Below are positions 1 through 13,933 of a stretch of DNA of 64,000 bases, one piece after another. Position 1 is the stretch's first letter; every line of letters starts with the position of its first letter. The DNA comes from Eledone cirrhosa. Taxonomy: Eukaryota. The stretch spans positions 353,710,001 to 353,774,000 of the forward strand of contig OZ024743.1 of NCBI GenBank assembly GCA_964016885.1, in the 5' to 3' direction. The position numbers and the translations under genes were made by a program. The notes under the pieces are model-generated. The model was not told the origin of the DNA, searched no databases, and saw only the letters and a program-made list of their open reading frames with translations.

Positions 1-310
1 CTCAATGCCTTTGCTTCATTCTATGAGGGCCACTAGTTCTTCGTTGGCCCTTCTTACTAGCACGAAGTTTGGAGTCTCTGTGGTTGGTTGTTGCGGTCGT
101 ATGTGTTTACGTTTGCTTGTGCAGCTGGTGGTAGTGGTGGTGTATGTGGTGTTGGTGGTCTTTGAATTGTGTATGTTTAATATAGTCGATTATATCGACC
201 CTCATACTTGTTTCTTCAAGTATGGGACATATTTTATTGATCTCTTTTGCCGAATCCCTAAGTTACGAGGCATAAACACGGACACACACATATACAACAC
301 CCATATATAT

Positions 311-348
<38 letters not shown>

Positions 349-361
349 ACATATACATATA

Positions 362-515
362 TCGAGTGGCTTCTGCAATTTCTGACTAACAAATTCCACG
401 CACAAGCCATTAATTAACCCGTGGCTATAGTAGAATATACCCAAGGTGCCTTGCAGTGGGACTGAACCCAGACCCACTTGGTTGTGAAGCGAACTTCCTA
501 ACTATTCAGCCACAT
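362..515 (-). mobile_element. tRNA-derived SINE (second family), diverged
   Basis: The minus strand reads tgtggctgaatagttaggaag...gggttcagtcccactgcaaggcaccttggg: A-box- and B-box-like motifs followed by a SINE-type core. Confidence 0.6.
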
Positions 516-1467
516 CTTTCCTCCTAGATGCTGAAAGAATACAGTGATGCTATATATGAAAAATTTCCACTAAGTTATTACTTAATCGTATTGACATATC
601 AGTGCAATGTTAGCCGAGTACGTTAATTAAATGAGACGCCAACACAGTGAATTTGAGATTAAATTTGTTAGCATAATTATAATCATATGTTTATGTGCGA
701 TCAGATATAACCTTATCTTCTTTAAATTTCCTATATATAACCTCTCTATATTCTCTTAGCAGCCAAGAGAAAGAAAGCGTATTTCAACGAGGCTTTAATA
801 AACAGAGAAACTTGTTGATCAAATCTTGTTACCGATGCTAGTAAAAGGGTTTATTTTCACCGCGTGGCTGAATATATGCTTATAAAATATGATTGTAATT
901 ACACACCAATAAGATGAGTAGATATTTGAGGTTAACTTATGAGCATATCTTTTCAGTAAACAAATATTTTGCCTTGTTATAAAAAAGAAAACACAATAGT
1001 TAAGATATCGGTTTACATTTTCACAGCAAGGCTAATTTCTTTAAAATACAAAATCCCGAGCTTGTAAATTTACCTTGTATTCTTACTTATTCCGTTGATG
1101 TTACTATTAATTAATTGATTTTTTCGTTGGCATCTTTGCCACTCTATCAAAATTGGACATTAAGTTCTGTGCAAGTGTGTGTATGTATAGTATAGAGAGC
1201 GAGAAACTACTATTCTCGCTATGATCAAAAATCAGTAAACGATCGGTGATTAAGCTTAAGCAAAAGACGAAACAACTCAGATCGATCTGTTTTTCTCTTA
1301 CATGGAAAGTCTTGTGTTTTAACCACGAGGTTTATTTACAGCAAGGCTAAATGTGTGTCTACTAGAACACACGCTCGTAAGTTTACCGTATATTTCTACA
1401 CTAACACACATTCTCATATACACACACATATACGTTCAAGTATATATAATTATATGTATATATTCAA

Positions 1468-1513
<46 letters not shown>

Positions 1514-1594
1514 GAATATAAAATATCACCTCTCATACCAGATTGAGCACTGTTTTCTTGTTTCCTTTTTCCCATCCACTGATTACACACACAT

Positions 1595-1677
<83 letters not shown>

Positions 1678-1856
1678 ATATATGTAGTATATGTGATTCA
1701 GTGAATTATTGGTGCTGGTACCAAAATAAGCATTCGATGCACAGGCAGAGTGTATATATTAAGGAAAATAATGAAGTTTCGTTTACATGTATTTTTTTAA
1801 ATTTTTTTATTGTGCATGGATCTGTTGCACGCGTTTCTCAGGGGATTGACTCAAGG

Positions 1857-2015
1857 TAGGGCCGTCTTAACACCATTATAGGCCCCCGGGCAAAGCAGAG
1901 AACTGGGGCCCGTACCTACACAACCATTCACAGTAATAAAAATACAAATGGGCAACTTATCCTCGTGGGGCCCCCGGGCAACTGCCCAGCGTGCCCATGC
2001 GTTAAGATGGCCCTG
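1857..2015. mobile_element. hAT-type MITE
   Basis: TIRs tagggccgtcttaac / gttaagatggccctg; 8-bp flanks actcaagg / gctcaagg (7/8 TSD match); GC-rich non-coding interior. Confidence 0.75.
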
Positions 2016-2143
2016 GCTCAAGGTCATCCATAAAAGTTGTGAACGCGATCTGCTCTTCAGACAGTTTCATACACAATAAAAAACTAACTATATGTAAAAC
2101 GAAACTTCATCGTTTTCCTAATATATATATATATATATATATA

Positions 2144-2334
2144 GTAATTGTTTCTACTTTAGGCACAAGGCCAGCAATTATCCGGTGCATTACTGGTACT
2201 TTATTTTATCGACCCCGTAAGGATGAAAGGCAAAGTCAACCTCGGCGGGATTTGAACTCAGATCGTAAAGGGACGTAACTATGCTGGAAAGCATGGCGTC
2301 CGACCCTCTACCGATACTGCCAATCCACCGCCCT
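2144..2334 (-). mobile_element. Major tRNA-derived SINE, full length
   Basis: Sense strand ggcggtggattggcagtatcggtag (A box) ... gagttcaaatccc (B box) ... gcctttcatccttacggggtcgataaaataaagtaccag ... agtagaaacaatta; about 20 copies in the window. Confidence 0.9.
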
Positions 2335-2439
2335 TATATATATATATAGTAATAATAATAAATTTGAAGACTAAAATTCAAAGAGGGCTCGATAAGGATA
2401 AATATATATCAAATATATAAGAACCATAGAGCAAATATT

Positions 2440-2558
2440 TATTAAAATAACAGATTAAAGTTTAAGCAAAGAATCGGTGCTTTCACCCTTAACGGGATCT
2501 TCAGAAGATCCCGTTAAGGGTGAAAGCACCGATTCTTTGCTTAAACTTTAATCTGTTA

Positions 2559-2566
<8 letters not shown>
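2440..2566. repeat. Perfect 63-bp-arm palindrome (fold-back element) next to (TA)n
   Basis: 2440-2502 is the reverse complement of 2504-2566 with a 1-nt loop; one arm recurs, diverged, at about 48266-48330. Confidence 0.9.
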
Positions 2567-2601
<35 letters not shown>

Positions 2602-2603
<2 letters not shown>

Positions 2604-2762
2604 TTAACCAGAAAGTTTAAAGGTCAATGCAGTAGGGTTCATACAAAGCTGATACATAATGAATAAACGTGTTCGTTTGACAACTCTTTGGTGTTTATTA
2701 TTCTTTATATATCAGCTCTGCATGAGCCGCACTGTATTGAGCTTTAAACCTTCTGGTTAAGT
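2602..2762. repeat. Imperfect inverted repeat (about 65-bp arms) between (TA)n tracts
   Basis: acttaaccagaaagtttaaaggtcaatgcagt... versus the reverse complement of ...actgtattgagctttaaaccttctggttaagt. Confidence 0.8.
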
Positions 2763-2801
2763 CTACACGCAATAGTAGCAACACTGTTATTATTATTAAA
2801 G

Positions 2802-2863
<62 letters not shown>

Positions 2864-2917
2864 AGGGTTGACAGACCCAGCATATTTATCAATGTATATA
2901 TATATATATATATATAT

Positions 2918-4292
<1,375 letters not shown>

Positions 4293-4339
4293 TATATATA
4301 TATATATATATATGTATACACATATATATATATATATAC

Positions 4340-4436
<97 letters not shown>

Positions 4437-4604
4437 TTAAAATTTAGCTCCGACATAGATGTATACATACAAGTATTTGAATTTAGTACATCTCAATATA
4501 TTCGGTATATTTAATAAATAAACATTTGGAAAGCCTAGCTATGAATATTGAAAGGCTAACCGCTATCACCGCCTAGCGGATTCTAGCATAAGCAGCAAGG
4601 GACA

Positions 4605-4647
4605 ACTGTCTACGCGCATTTCAAGCTCTGGCTATCACCAGGACAGT
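4605..4647 (-). ncRNA. Type I hammerhead, core A6G variant
   Basis: actgtc CUGGUGA uagc-caga-gcuu GAA AUGCGCGU A gacagt. Confidence 0.65.
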
Positions 4648-4940
4648 GCTTCCCCTGTTTTCTGAGGGAACTTGAAATAGACGAAAATATATAGTTTTTG
4701 CACCTGTGTAGATGGGCTGATTAGCCTCAATTGCATATGGAGCTGTGTAAGTTGGCTCAATTTGAAAGTAGAATTAAAATTTATCCCGACATAGCTGAAT
4801 ACATACAAGTATGTGAATTTAGTATATCTAAATATATTCGGTATGTTTAATAAATAAACATTTGGAAAGCGTAGCTATGAATATTGAAAGCCTGACGGCT
4901 ATCGCGTCCTAGCGGATTTCAGTAGAAGCAGCGGGGGATA

Positions 4941-4983
4941 ACTGTCTATGCACATTTCAAGCTCTGGCTATCATCAGGACAGT
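4941..4983 (-). ncRNA. Type I hammerhead, intact core
   Basis: actgtc CUGAUGA uagc-caga-gcuu GAA AUGUGCAU A gacagt: 6-bp stem I and self-complementary stem III. Confidence 0.85.
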
Positions 4984-5345
4984 GCTTGCCCTGTTCTCCG
5001 CTGAAACTTGATACAAGCGAAAATATATAGTTTTTTTCCTGATGATTTATTTAAGAGACAATGTGAACGAGGAGACAAAATGTATATGAACATTTTGTAT
5101 CGTTGTTCGTATTGTCTGGTTGCTGTCATCTCGTCTTGTCTCATATTTTTCGGATAGCCATTGGTTTATTTCTCACTGGTCACTGCGGCGGATCTCTGGA
5201 TTCTATGTTCGCTACAACTGAAAGACAACTCGGAATGGATGGTTGAAAATGGAAACTATGTGTTTAACTCCTTGGATTTGTGTATTTATTACTTAACATT
5301 TTCATTTGACTTATTGCATTAGTTAATGCTATACAGTTACTACTA

Positions 5346-5411
<66 letters not shown>

Positions 5412-5416
5412 TAGAG

Positions 5417-5502
<86 letters not shown>

Positions 5503-5569
5503 GGAGAGAGAAAGAGAGAGAGAGAGAGAGAAATTTCGTATTTCTAAAGAAACACGGTATCTTTACAGG

Positions 5570-5665
5570 AAACATTTGGGAAGCCGTAGCTATGCAAACA
5601 CCTGGGCTAACGCCCTCTGATGGTGGCCAGCAGTAGCAAGGAGGATAACCGTCTATGCATTTCAG
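5570..5665 (-). mobile_element. Diverged fragment of the 336-nt HHR family
   Basis: aacatttgggaagccgtagctatg...gataaccgtctatgcatttca matches the unit; retains the 3' HHR half GAA AUGCAU A gac. Confidence 0.5.
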
Positions 5666-5773
5666 ACTAAATAAGAATTTAGAACGATATACAATCATTT
5701 CAACCTCGTTGACTATAAATGCTCAAAGAAAATAGGTTGCGAAAAAACATTCATCAGAGCGAACTCTTAAACG

Positions 5774-5963
5774 ATAATTGTTTCTACTTTAGGCACAAGG
5801 CCAGCAATTACCCAGTGCATTACTGGTACTTTATTTTATCGACCCCGTAAGGATGAAAGGCAAAGTCAACCTCGGCGGGATTTTAACTCAGATCGTAAAG
5901 GGACGTAACTATGCTGGAAAGCATGGCGTCCGGCCCTCTACCGATACTGCCAATCCACCGCCC
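5774..5963 (-). mobile_element. Major SINE with 12-bp TSD
   Basis: Near-identical to 2144-2334; flanked by ttaaacgataat at 5767-5778 and 5964-5975. Confidence 0.9.
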
Positions 5964-7743
5964 TTAAACGATAATGTTATGGAGACAACGATACCCGAAT
6001 ATCATATAACATAAATCCAGGCGGAAAAATAGAGATAACAATAAACAGTTTAACAGATAAACCGTTATATACTTACATTACTAAATGGCTTAAGTAAATC
6101 GTCTTCCCCCCCTCTCTGTATATATAGTGTACCGGTTAAGACCGGTAAGACCTTTATCAGCTTATTACTTTCAATACTTACGAAAAGTAGTGTATCTTTT
6201 ATAAGGGTCTTCAAACGGTAAGCGCTTATATGACTAGCACTAATACATCGTAATTTAGATTACAGGCGTATATGAAAGCATATACAATATGTTTATGCAT
6301 AATAAACATTAATTTTAAGTGATACACGAACCAGGTTAACACATAATTGGGCTAAAAATGTGGGGGTTTTGGGGTATTATTAAATTCAAGAGGAGTAATT
6401 GAATCTACAAACTACAGATTAGAAATTAAATGCTAGATTTCATCAGTTGCAGCACCAGATGTTTATAGCATAATCTCCAGAACACCTGCAAATATTAATG
6501 ATAAGTTTATTGAAAATTATGAGATACTTAAACGGAGTCAAGAAATCCAATTCAACGTAAGGATGTAATGCCTTGATCGCATACGGCACTGCTGGCTCAA
6601 AAGTTTGAGTATCAAATTTGTAAACATTTGAATGCAAATGTCTTTGAATATAAAACCCACACATAACTGTAGATGAATAATCAGTCTTTGATTTTAAATG
6701 CGATGGCACTCATACATTTTTGGTTGCACTTACATTATCAAATCCCGTTTGGAAATGGATGTTTCTCTTCAACATCTGCATGTAGTTGATCGGTTCATTG
6801 AAATGTTGGACACGAAAATCTTGCTTCATAAAAGGAGTCCTTTATGTGCATGGCAGACATTGCGAATATTTTGAAGATTGACCGTATAAACACTTGGATA
6901 TGCAGCCCGTGAAACTTCAATGAGATTGTTGCTATCAACCTTTGATTTATCACCCATGAAAATCACCCATAAAAATGATGTATTTGTTTAACATCTGCAA
7001 GTACTTGATTCATTCGGTGAAATAATAGAGCATCCAAAACTGGATTAAGGTGTTTCACATATAACAAATCTGTTATTTATTCAAGAATAGGGTGTATGTT
7101 ATATACGTTACCCAATGTATCTTTTTAAGAAGGTATGATATGACTTTAAAACGACTTAACTATTATTTCTAGCAGGGAGTATGGGCACGTAGACTGTTCC
7201 TTGCTTCGTGCAGAATCAATCATGTTCGAGCAGACCTATGATCAAAGATATTCCAAATCCAGCAATACCATCTATTATCAAAACATTTCAAACACAGTGT
7301 TTCTTAAAATGTATTATCCAGTATATCTTTTTGTCTTTAAAACACCAAGATTTGATTTAAAAGATAATTTGCTGCCATTTTAACAGATCAAGTGACTACG
7401 TAAAGGCTCGTCTTTTCTTGTTTGAGGTTCTCTTCCTCTCTTGAAATTTCCCCGTTATTTCTGTTCCAATCTTTTAGGGATTTTGCTGCTTAGCGTTCTT
7501 CCTAGCTGACACATTATTTTGATGTATCTATATGTTGGTATATTCGTGACTGGTCTGTTTAATATGGTGGAAAAAAAATTACCGGTTTGCTTATTTAAGT
7601 TTTAGCAGAATAATTGTGCTAATATATAACAAATGTCAAGTTGTGTCAAGGAAACGTAACTTTTTTTTTTACTGAAGAGTTAATGTTCCTTGGTTTTGGA
7701 CACATTTAAAAGCATCATTATAGTATGATATAATGATTATATG

Positions 7744-7838
<95 letters not shown>

Positions 7839-7844
7839 AGTATA

Positions 7845-7922
<78 letters not shown>

Positions 7923-8370
7923 ATAGAAAACAACGCACACATATATAAATACACATATATATGTACGCACATATATAAATGCCCACATATACACACACAA
8001 ACATATACATCATAAATACACACATGCATACAAGTAAATACACTCGCGCATAAAACTAGTCAATTACGGAAAGAGAGAAAAGAGAACGAAACAATGAAGA
8101 TCGAGGAGCATTTAGGAGAGAAGGAGGGTGTAAGAAAAAGAGAAGAAGAGAGAGTAAGAATAAAAATATTAGAGAATAAAATATATATGTTAGAAAGACA
8201 GATTAAGAAATAGAGAACTGAAAGAGGCGGAGGGAAAGAGAGATAAAACTAGAGATAAGGAGAACATCAGAGAAAGAGAAATTATATATATAGAGTGACT
8301 AAAAAAATGTGTACATACTTCAACAGCATTTTAATAAATATATGCATACATTTTTTTTGGACACCCCGTA

Positions 8371-8614
8371 TATACAAAAGGCAAATAGGAATAACAAAGC
8401 AAACGACACAGTACAATGAAGAAATATATAATTAGTTTTACGCTTGATATAGTAGGAAAAGTGTATTAACGTTTCGGACGCTAGTCCTTCACCAGAAAAT
8501 AGAATGAGAAATTAAGGGATAGAAAGATAGAGGAGTTTGGGCAATGGCAGAAACGAAAAAAAGATTTCTTAGAGAAAAAAAAAGAGGTCTATTCAAGCCG
8601 CCATCTCTTGGAAT
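8371..8614 (-). mobile_element. 3' end of a PLE with a minimal hammerhead (8464-8499, CUGGUGA core)
   Basis: Homologous to 46930-47065 (ggactagcgtccgaaacgttaa...tatcaagcgt); a GGLN-like EN C-terminal remnant lies upstream on the minus strand. Confidence 0.65.
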
Positions 8615-8617
8615 ATG

Positions 8618-8774
<157 letters not shown>

Positions 8775-8808
8775 GTGTGTGTATGTGTGTATGTGTATAT
8801 ATATATAA

Positions 8809-8890
<82 letters not shown>

Positions 8891-9544
8891 AGAGAGAGAG
8901 AGTGAGAGTGAGTGAAAGAAAGAGAAATAGAGCGTGGGAGAGTGAATCAGGATAAACTGATAAGAGTAGGTGGAATTTATGGCTTCCACGACAAGGATTG
9001 GTGTTAATGTTGGCAACAGCAGATGGTGAACAAGGAACAAGGTAGAAGCTGCATTTCTGACGTGATCAGATTTTTTATTACATAATTGGTTCTGATTAAC
9101 GTCATTAAAGAGAGCATAGGTGGTTACACACTGTCAATGTAGATAAAGGTTGCTTGTAGTGAAGTTTGTTGTTTAGTACTTAGTGGTTGCTGCTTTCTGG
9201 TTGATGGCCAGTGATGTTTTATGCAGTGCAGTTCAGTGAACACGTCTTCTAGATAGTCGCCATTTTTGTTCGTCACATTTGTCCGTTATTGATAAAGGTT
9301 GGTCAGAGAGTTATCTTGGCAATATAACTTCTTTTCGTTCATGATTTGACTAAATGATAAATGATAAATATATCAATTTAGTAATTGTAATACAACACAT
9401 TATTATAAACGAAATGTCCATCAGTATTAAAGAAATAAATATACATGAGATGAGGATTCTGTCTCATATTTAATATATCAAAATATAATAATATATGACG
9501 TGACAATAATCTTAATACATGCTATTTTAATATTAAATATTAAA

Positions 9545-10445
9545 TCGAACCAAGTACTTGATTATTATATATTAAATCGAACCCAGTACTTGATTCCCCC
9601 AAAAGGGATAGGTGACAAGGGTGGGATTTGAACTCTGCAACTGAAAAAAACACACTGAATTTAATTTGTTCAAGGCTCTAACGATTCAACCATTCCCATC
9701 TCCTTAATAACAGCGACATCTTAATTAATATAATGTGCTAGTATTTAATATGTAGCGCTTTCATAAACAAGTCACGCGATAATTTTTCGGTTTGACGTTA
9801 TCATGAACGTAGGTGAGAATCTGAATATGTGACAATACAATGAATAAAGAAAACTGTGGAATGAAAGCACGCAATATAAATAATAATAAATTGTTTTTAA
9901 TATAGCCACAGGGTCAGACATTTGTGGAGGATGGTGTAGTGGAAACAATCGATTATTTCAATTACTTGACTGGTACTTTACTTTATCGATTCCGGAGGGA
10001 TAAAAGACAAGATTGACCTCGACATGATTTGAACTAAGAACTTACAGATCCAGAACAAATATCGCATTATAAGGGTTTCTGATTTAGACACAAGGCCAAC
10101 AATTTTAGAGGAGTAGAAAGTCGATTACTGGTGCTTTATTTTATTGACCGTGTAAGGATAAAAGGCAAAACTAACCTCGGCGGGACTTGGACTCAGAACA
10201 TAAAGGACCAGAACTCTATGCTGCAAAACATGGTGTTCGACGATCTACCGATTCTACCAATCCACCGCCCCTTACCGCAATATAATAATAATTCTTTCTA
10301 AAATTGGCACAAGGCCAGCAATTCAAGGGAATAAGAAAGTTAATTATATTGACACCAGGACTTAGCTGGTACTTTATTTTATCGACACTAGAAAGGTGAA
10401 AGGAAAAGTTGACCTTCGCAGGATTCTTAGTCTTACAGGACCAGG
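9545..10445 (-). mobile_element. Cluster of about 4 diverged major-SINE copies
   Basis: Repeated cacaaggcc / ctggtactttattttatcga / gatttgaactc motifs. Confidence 0.75.
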
Positions 10446-12094
10446 CAATTAGGATAAGATTTGTCAATATATTCAAGTTGTCAATAGGAAATGGGGAAAT
10501 AACTCCCATGTAACTGCCATTGAATTATCAACTGGTGAACGGCAGATTATTGATGTTACCAACCTGGGTCTTTGCTTGATCCAGGGTTGTAGTTTCGCCA
10601 ATCAGATGCAGAAATATTTACTTCACAAACGGTGACAACGCTTGTTTATTATCTGAGAATGTGCAGATGCCGCATTTTTAGGGCATAATTACGCACCATT
10701 AGCCAAAGCATATTGAGGCTGCCGTGCAGAGGGTGTTTGCAACTGATAGTACTGTAGACGGAACGCATCAATGCTAAAAGACACGAAATAGTAGATACTC
10801 TAATCTGATCAGATACAATCTTGGGAAAACACGAATATAAGGTGAAAATAGCTTACAAAGGCAATGTACGCATTTAACCCTTCGGGCCGACCTTTCAGGG
10901 ATAACTTTCTTCTAGCCCATTTCTAGGTGAAATTGGTTTCATATTTGTAGCTTTATCACATTTTTCATCTACCAGAAGATTTGACCCCAATAAAACACTA
11001 AAGCACTTTAATCTGACCATGAATCCATCGAAAAATGAGGACGTTGTTGTTACTGGTTGGCATAGAAGCTTCTCCGGGAACCTGGCAGTAAGTCGATCGA
11101 CTTGGTTTGGTCAATGATTGCTTCCATAGGTATTTCATATTCCTTAAGAACAGTGAGAATTCTCCCGAGTTCCAATGTGACCGACACCATGACGGTGACA
11201 TTATCCTCGTAAGCAGACATGTCTATCCTGCTTGCCAGATCAAGCGGGAGTTCTCCAACAACTCCAGTTTCTGTAGAAGAAGCCAGAGAGCTAAAACATA
11301 CAGAAAAGATATGAAGGGATACTATTAGTGATATCTAGTGGTTCTGATTGGAGAGTATTTACCGCCACCACTGAGCAAATGTCGCCGTACAAAAATAGGA
11401 ATTCAGAGTCTGATACTGGATCAAAACCGTTGATGCGCAGCAGAGCCGCTAGTCGACCCTATAGAGGTCTTCATGGTAATAAACCCTCCTAAATAAAAAA
11501 TAAATCTAGTCACAAGTTTTATGATTTAACACATACAGTGAAAATTGTCCTGTTCTGAAAGGAAACTCACAAGTTTGTGCGTGCCGAACAACAATCTCCG
11601 TAAGAAGAGGCAACTTCATTGCGAGAACTCGGTAAAAATCCTTAGCATAGTTATGTGTCTAAGATTTTTGATGATGTTCCGACTCGTGTCGTTCTTTAGC
11701 ACCATTACCGTTCTACATCACACAAAATTGATGATGATGATGATGATGACGATAAGGAGGATTTACAATAGCAATGATGATATTGAGCATGATAATGATA
11801 ATATTAGTGGTGATAGTTGGGGACCGGCAATTGTTGCTGTTGTGGAGCTAATTTTGGTAGTTGAGGTGACAACGATTAGCGGATGGTAGTGGGAGAGTGG
11901 GTGTGGTAGTGAGACTTGTAGGGTTTGTGCCAGTAGTGATGTAAATAACAATGATAGTAGTGATGTCAGTTATGGCGGTGGTAGTGAAGGTGGAAATAAT
12001 AATGGTGATGTGTGTCATGGTGGCTTATGTAGTGATAGCAATGGGATCTTAAACAACAATGATAACAGCAATAACAACGGCAACAACAACAATA

Positions 12095-12435
12095 ATTGTT
12101 TTTATTTTTGGCACAAGGCCAGCAATTACCCTAGTGCATTACTAGTACCTTATTTTATCGACCCCGTAAGGATGAAAGGCAAAGCTAACCTCGGCGGGAT
12201 TTAAACTCAGAACATAAAGGGCCAGAACATTATGCTGCAAAGTATGGTGTCTGACACTCTACCGATATTGAAAATCCACCGCCCTAATATAATTGTTTCT
12301 ACTGTTGGCACAAGGCCAGCAATAACCCAGTGTATTACTGGTACTTTATTTTATCGACCCCGTAAGGATGAAAGGCAAAGCTAACCTCGGCGGGATTTGA
12401 ACCCAGAACGAAAAGGGCCAGAACACTATGATACA
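12095..12435 (-). mobile_element. Two tandem major-SINE copies
   Basis: Copies at about 12095-12285 and 12288-12435. Confidence 0.85.
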
Positions 12436-12778
12436 AAATGGTAAGTAGTAGAATGAGGAAAGGAAAAAGAACAACAGCGCCACTAAAACAACCGCCACAC
12501 CACTACACTACTAGCAGTACCAAGAACAATAAAATTAACTAACGATAGGGATGATGTTGAAGAGAATGGCGATGATACTAAAGACAAAAGAAACAATGTA
12601 GTTGAAAGAAAATTTAACAAAATCAATATGGCTGAAGATTTTAATGATTATATACACACACATACGTACACGCATATATAAATATGTATATATAATCCAA
12701 AATTATCTCTCTCTCTCTACATAGATACATGTATATAATACAACACACACATACACACATATATATATAATACTAATA

Positions 12779-12894
12779 CAATATAAGATTTATGTGTATT
12801 TACGTATCCATCTTTGTATCTACTTCTATCTCACTCTCTCTATATAAATATATGTATGTATGTATGTGCGTATGTATATATATATATGTATATA

Positions 12895-12953
<59 letters not shown>

Positions 12954-13099
12954 ATATATATACATACGCACATACATACATGCATACATACATACATACA
13001 TACATACATACATGCATACATACATATATTTATATAGAGAGAGTGAGATAGAAGTAGAGACATAGATGGATACGTAAATACACATATATCATATATTGT
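12779..13099. repeat. Inverted repeat (about 84-bp arms) around a (TA)n/(TACA)n core
   Basis: tatgtgtatttacgtatccatct...ctctctatataaatatatgtatg versus catacatatatttatatagagag...agatggatacgtaaatacacata. Confidence 0.85.
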
Positions 13100-13334
13100 A
13101 TTTTTTCAATTTCCAATTGAGTTCTAGCACGTGGCCTGAATTCTTTTTAGAGTTCATTGTCATGCGCATGTATTGTTTTTTTTTGGCGGTAATTTACTTC
13201 CTCATTTTTGAATCAGTTTGAGCATTTCTTTAGAACTGCTGGACTAGCAACCTGACAGAAACCTCAGGCACTGATGATGATTATCGCTAAATACTGATGT
13301 TGGTTAGATTATCAATATTAGTATTATTGGGGCA

Positions 13335-13461
13335 CCCACTGATGAATTATAGGAGCCCACTTGAATATATATCTATTGATGGTATACAAGCTCCTACATA
13401 AATTGGTATAATTTCACCCAAATTGTAGGAATCCTATAATGAAACGAGACGTCCGTCTGGG
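13335..13461 (+). ncRNA. Type I hammerhead with a large branched stem II
   Basis: ccca CUGAUGA attatagga [77 nt] tcctataat GAA ACG agacgtc CGU C tggg; all core positions canonical; GUC cleavage triplet. Confidence 0.8.
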
Positions 13462-13933
13462 AAGAGATATATTAGATATGTCTCATATGAAATAATACAG
13501 CCAATTTTCCACGCAATACTTTTAGTTAGCACCCCAAACGCTTAATTAGGATATAATCACTTATTTCCTAATGTTTGTTGAGTGAGTTGGAATTTGGCCG
13601 GAGTATCGCTAAAAAGCTTTCTCCGATATTGTATTTATTTATATATATATATATAGTTAAAAGAATAGAGGTGTAACACACAAGTTATTATATATTGGTA
13701 AACGGAATAGAAAATGCTGACAAATTGTTCACAGTTGAAAAATGGTTTAATTAGGAATAAAAGAGTATTAGTGATTGTATGGGTTAGTATTCAGTTGTGG
13801 TTTTAAGTTTTTAAGTTTTTACCGGTTGCGCATTTCTAAATGCTTTTCAAAAATAATTTTGAGATAGAGTGTCCGTGCTGTTTGCTCTGATCTGATTAGT
13901 TTTGGGAATTCTACCTGTTTTTATGTTAAAAAA

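Larger units (their letters stand above)
4436..5035 (-). mobile_element. Tandem repeat of about 336-nt units with one hammerhead per unit (non-LTR retrozyme-like)
   Basis: Unit 1 starts at 4436 and unit 2 at 4773; predicted cleavage sites at 4611 and 4947 are 336 nt apart; abuts (TA)n; non-coding. Confidence 0.8.

Noticed and set aside
2144-2334. tRNA gene
   Set aside because: The A/B boxes belong to a SINE head; no cloverleaf; multiple dispersed copies, one with a clear TSD
6443-7030. 88-aa minus-strand ORF in coding-like sequence with a short internal duplication
   Set aside because: No motif I can recognise and no clear splice structure; needs BLASTx
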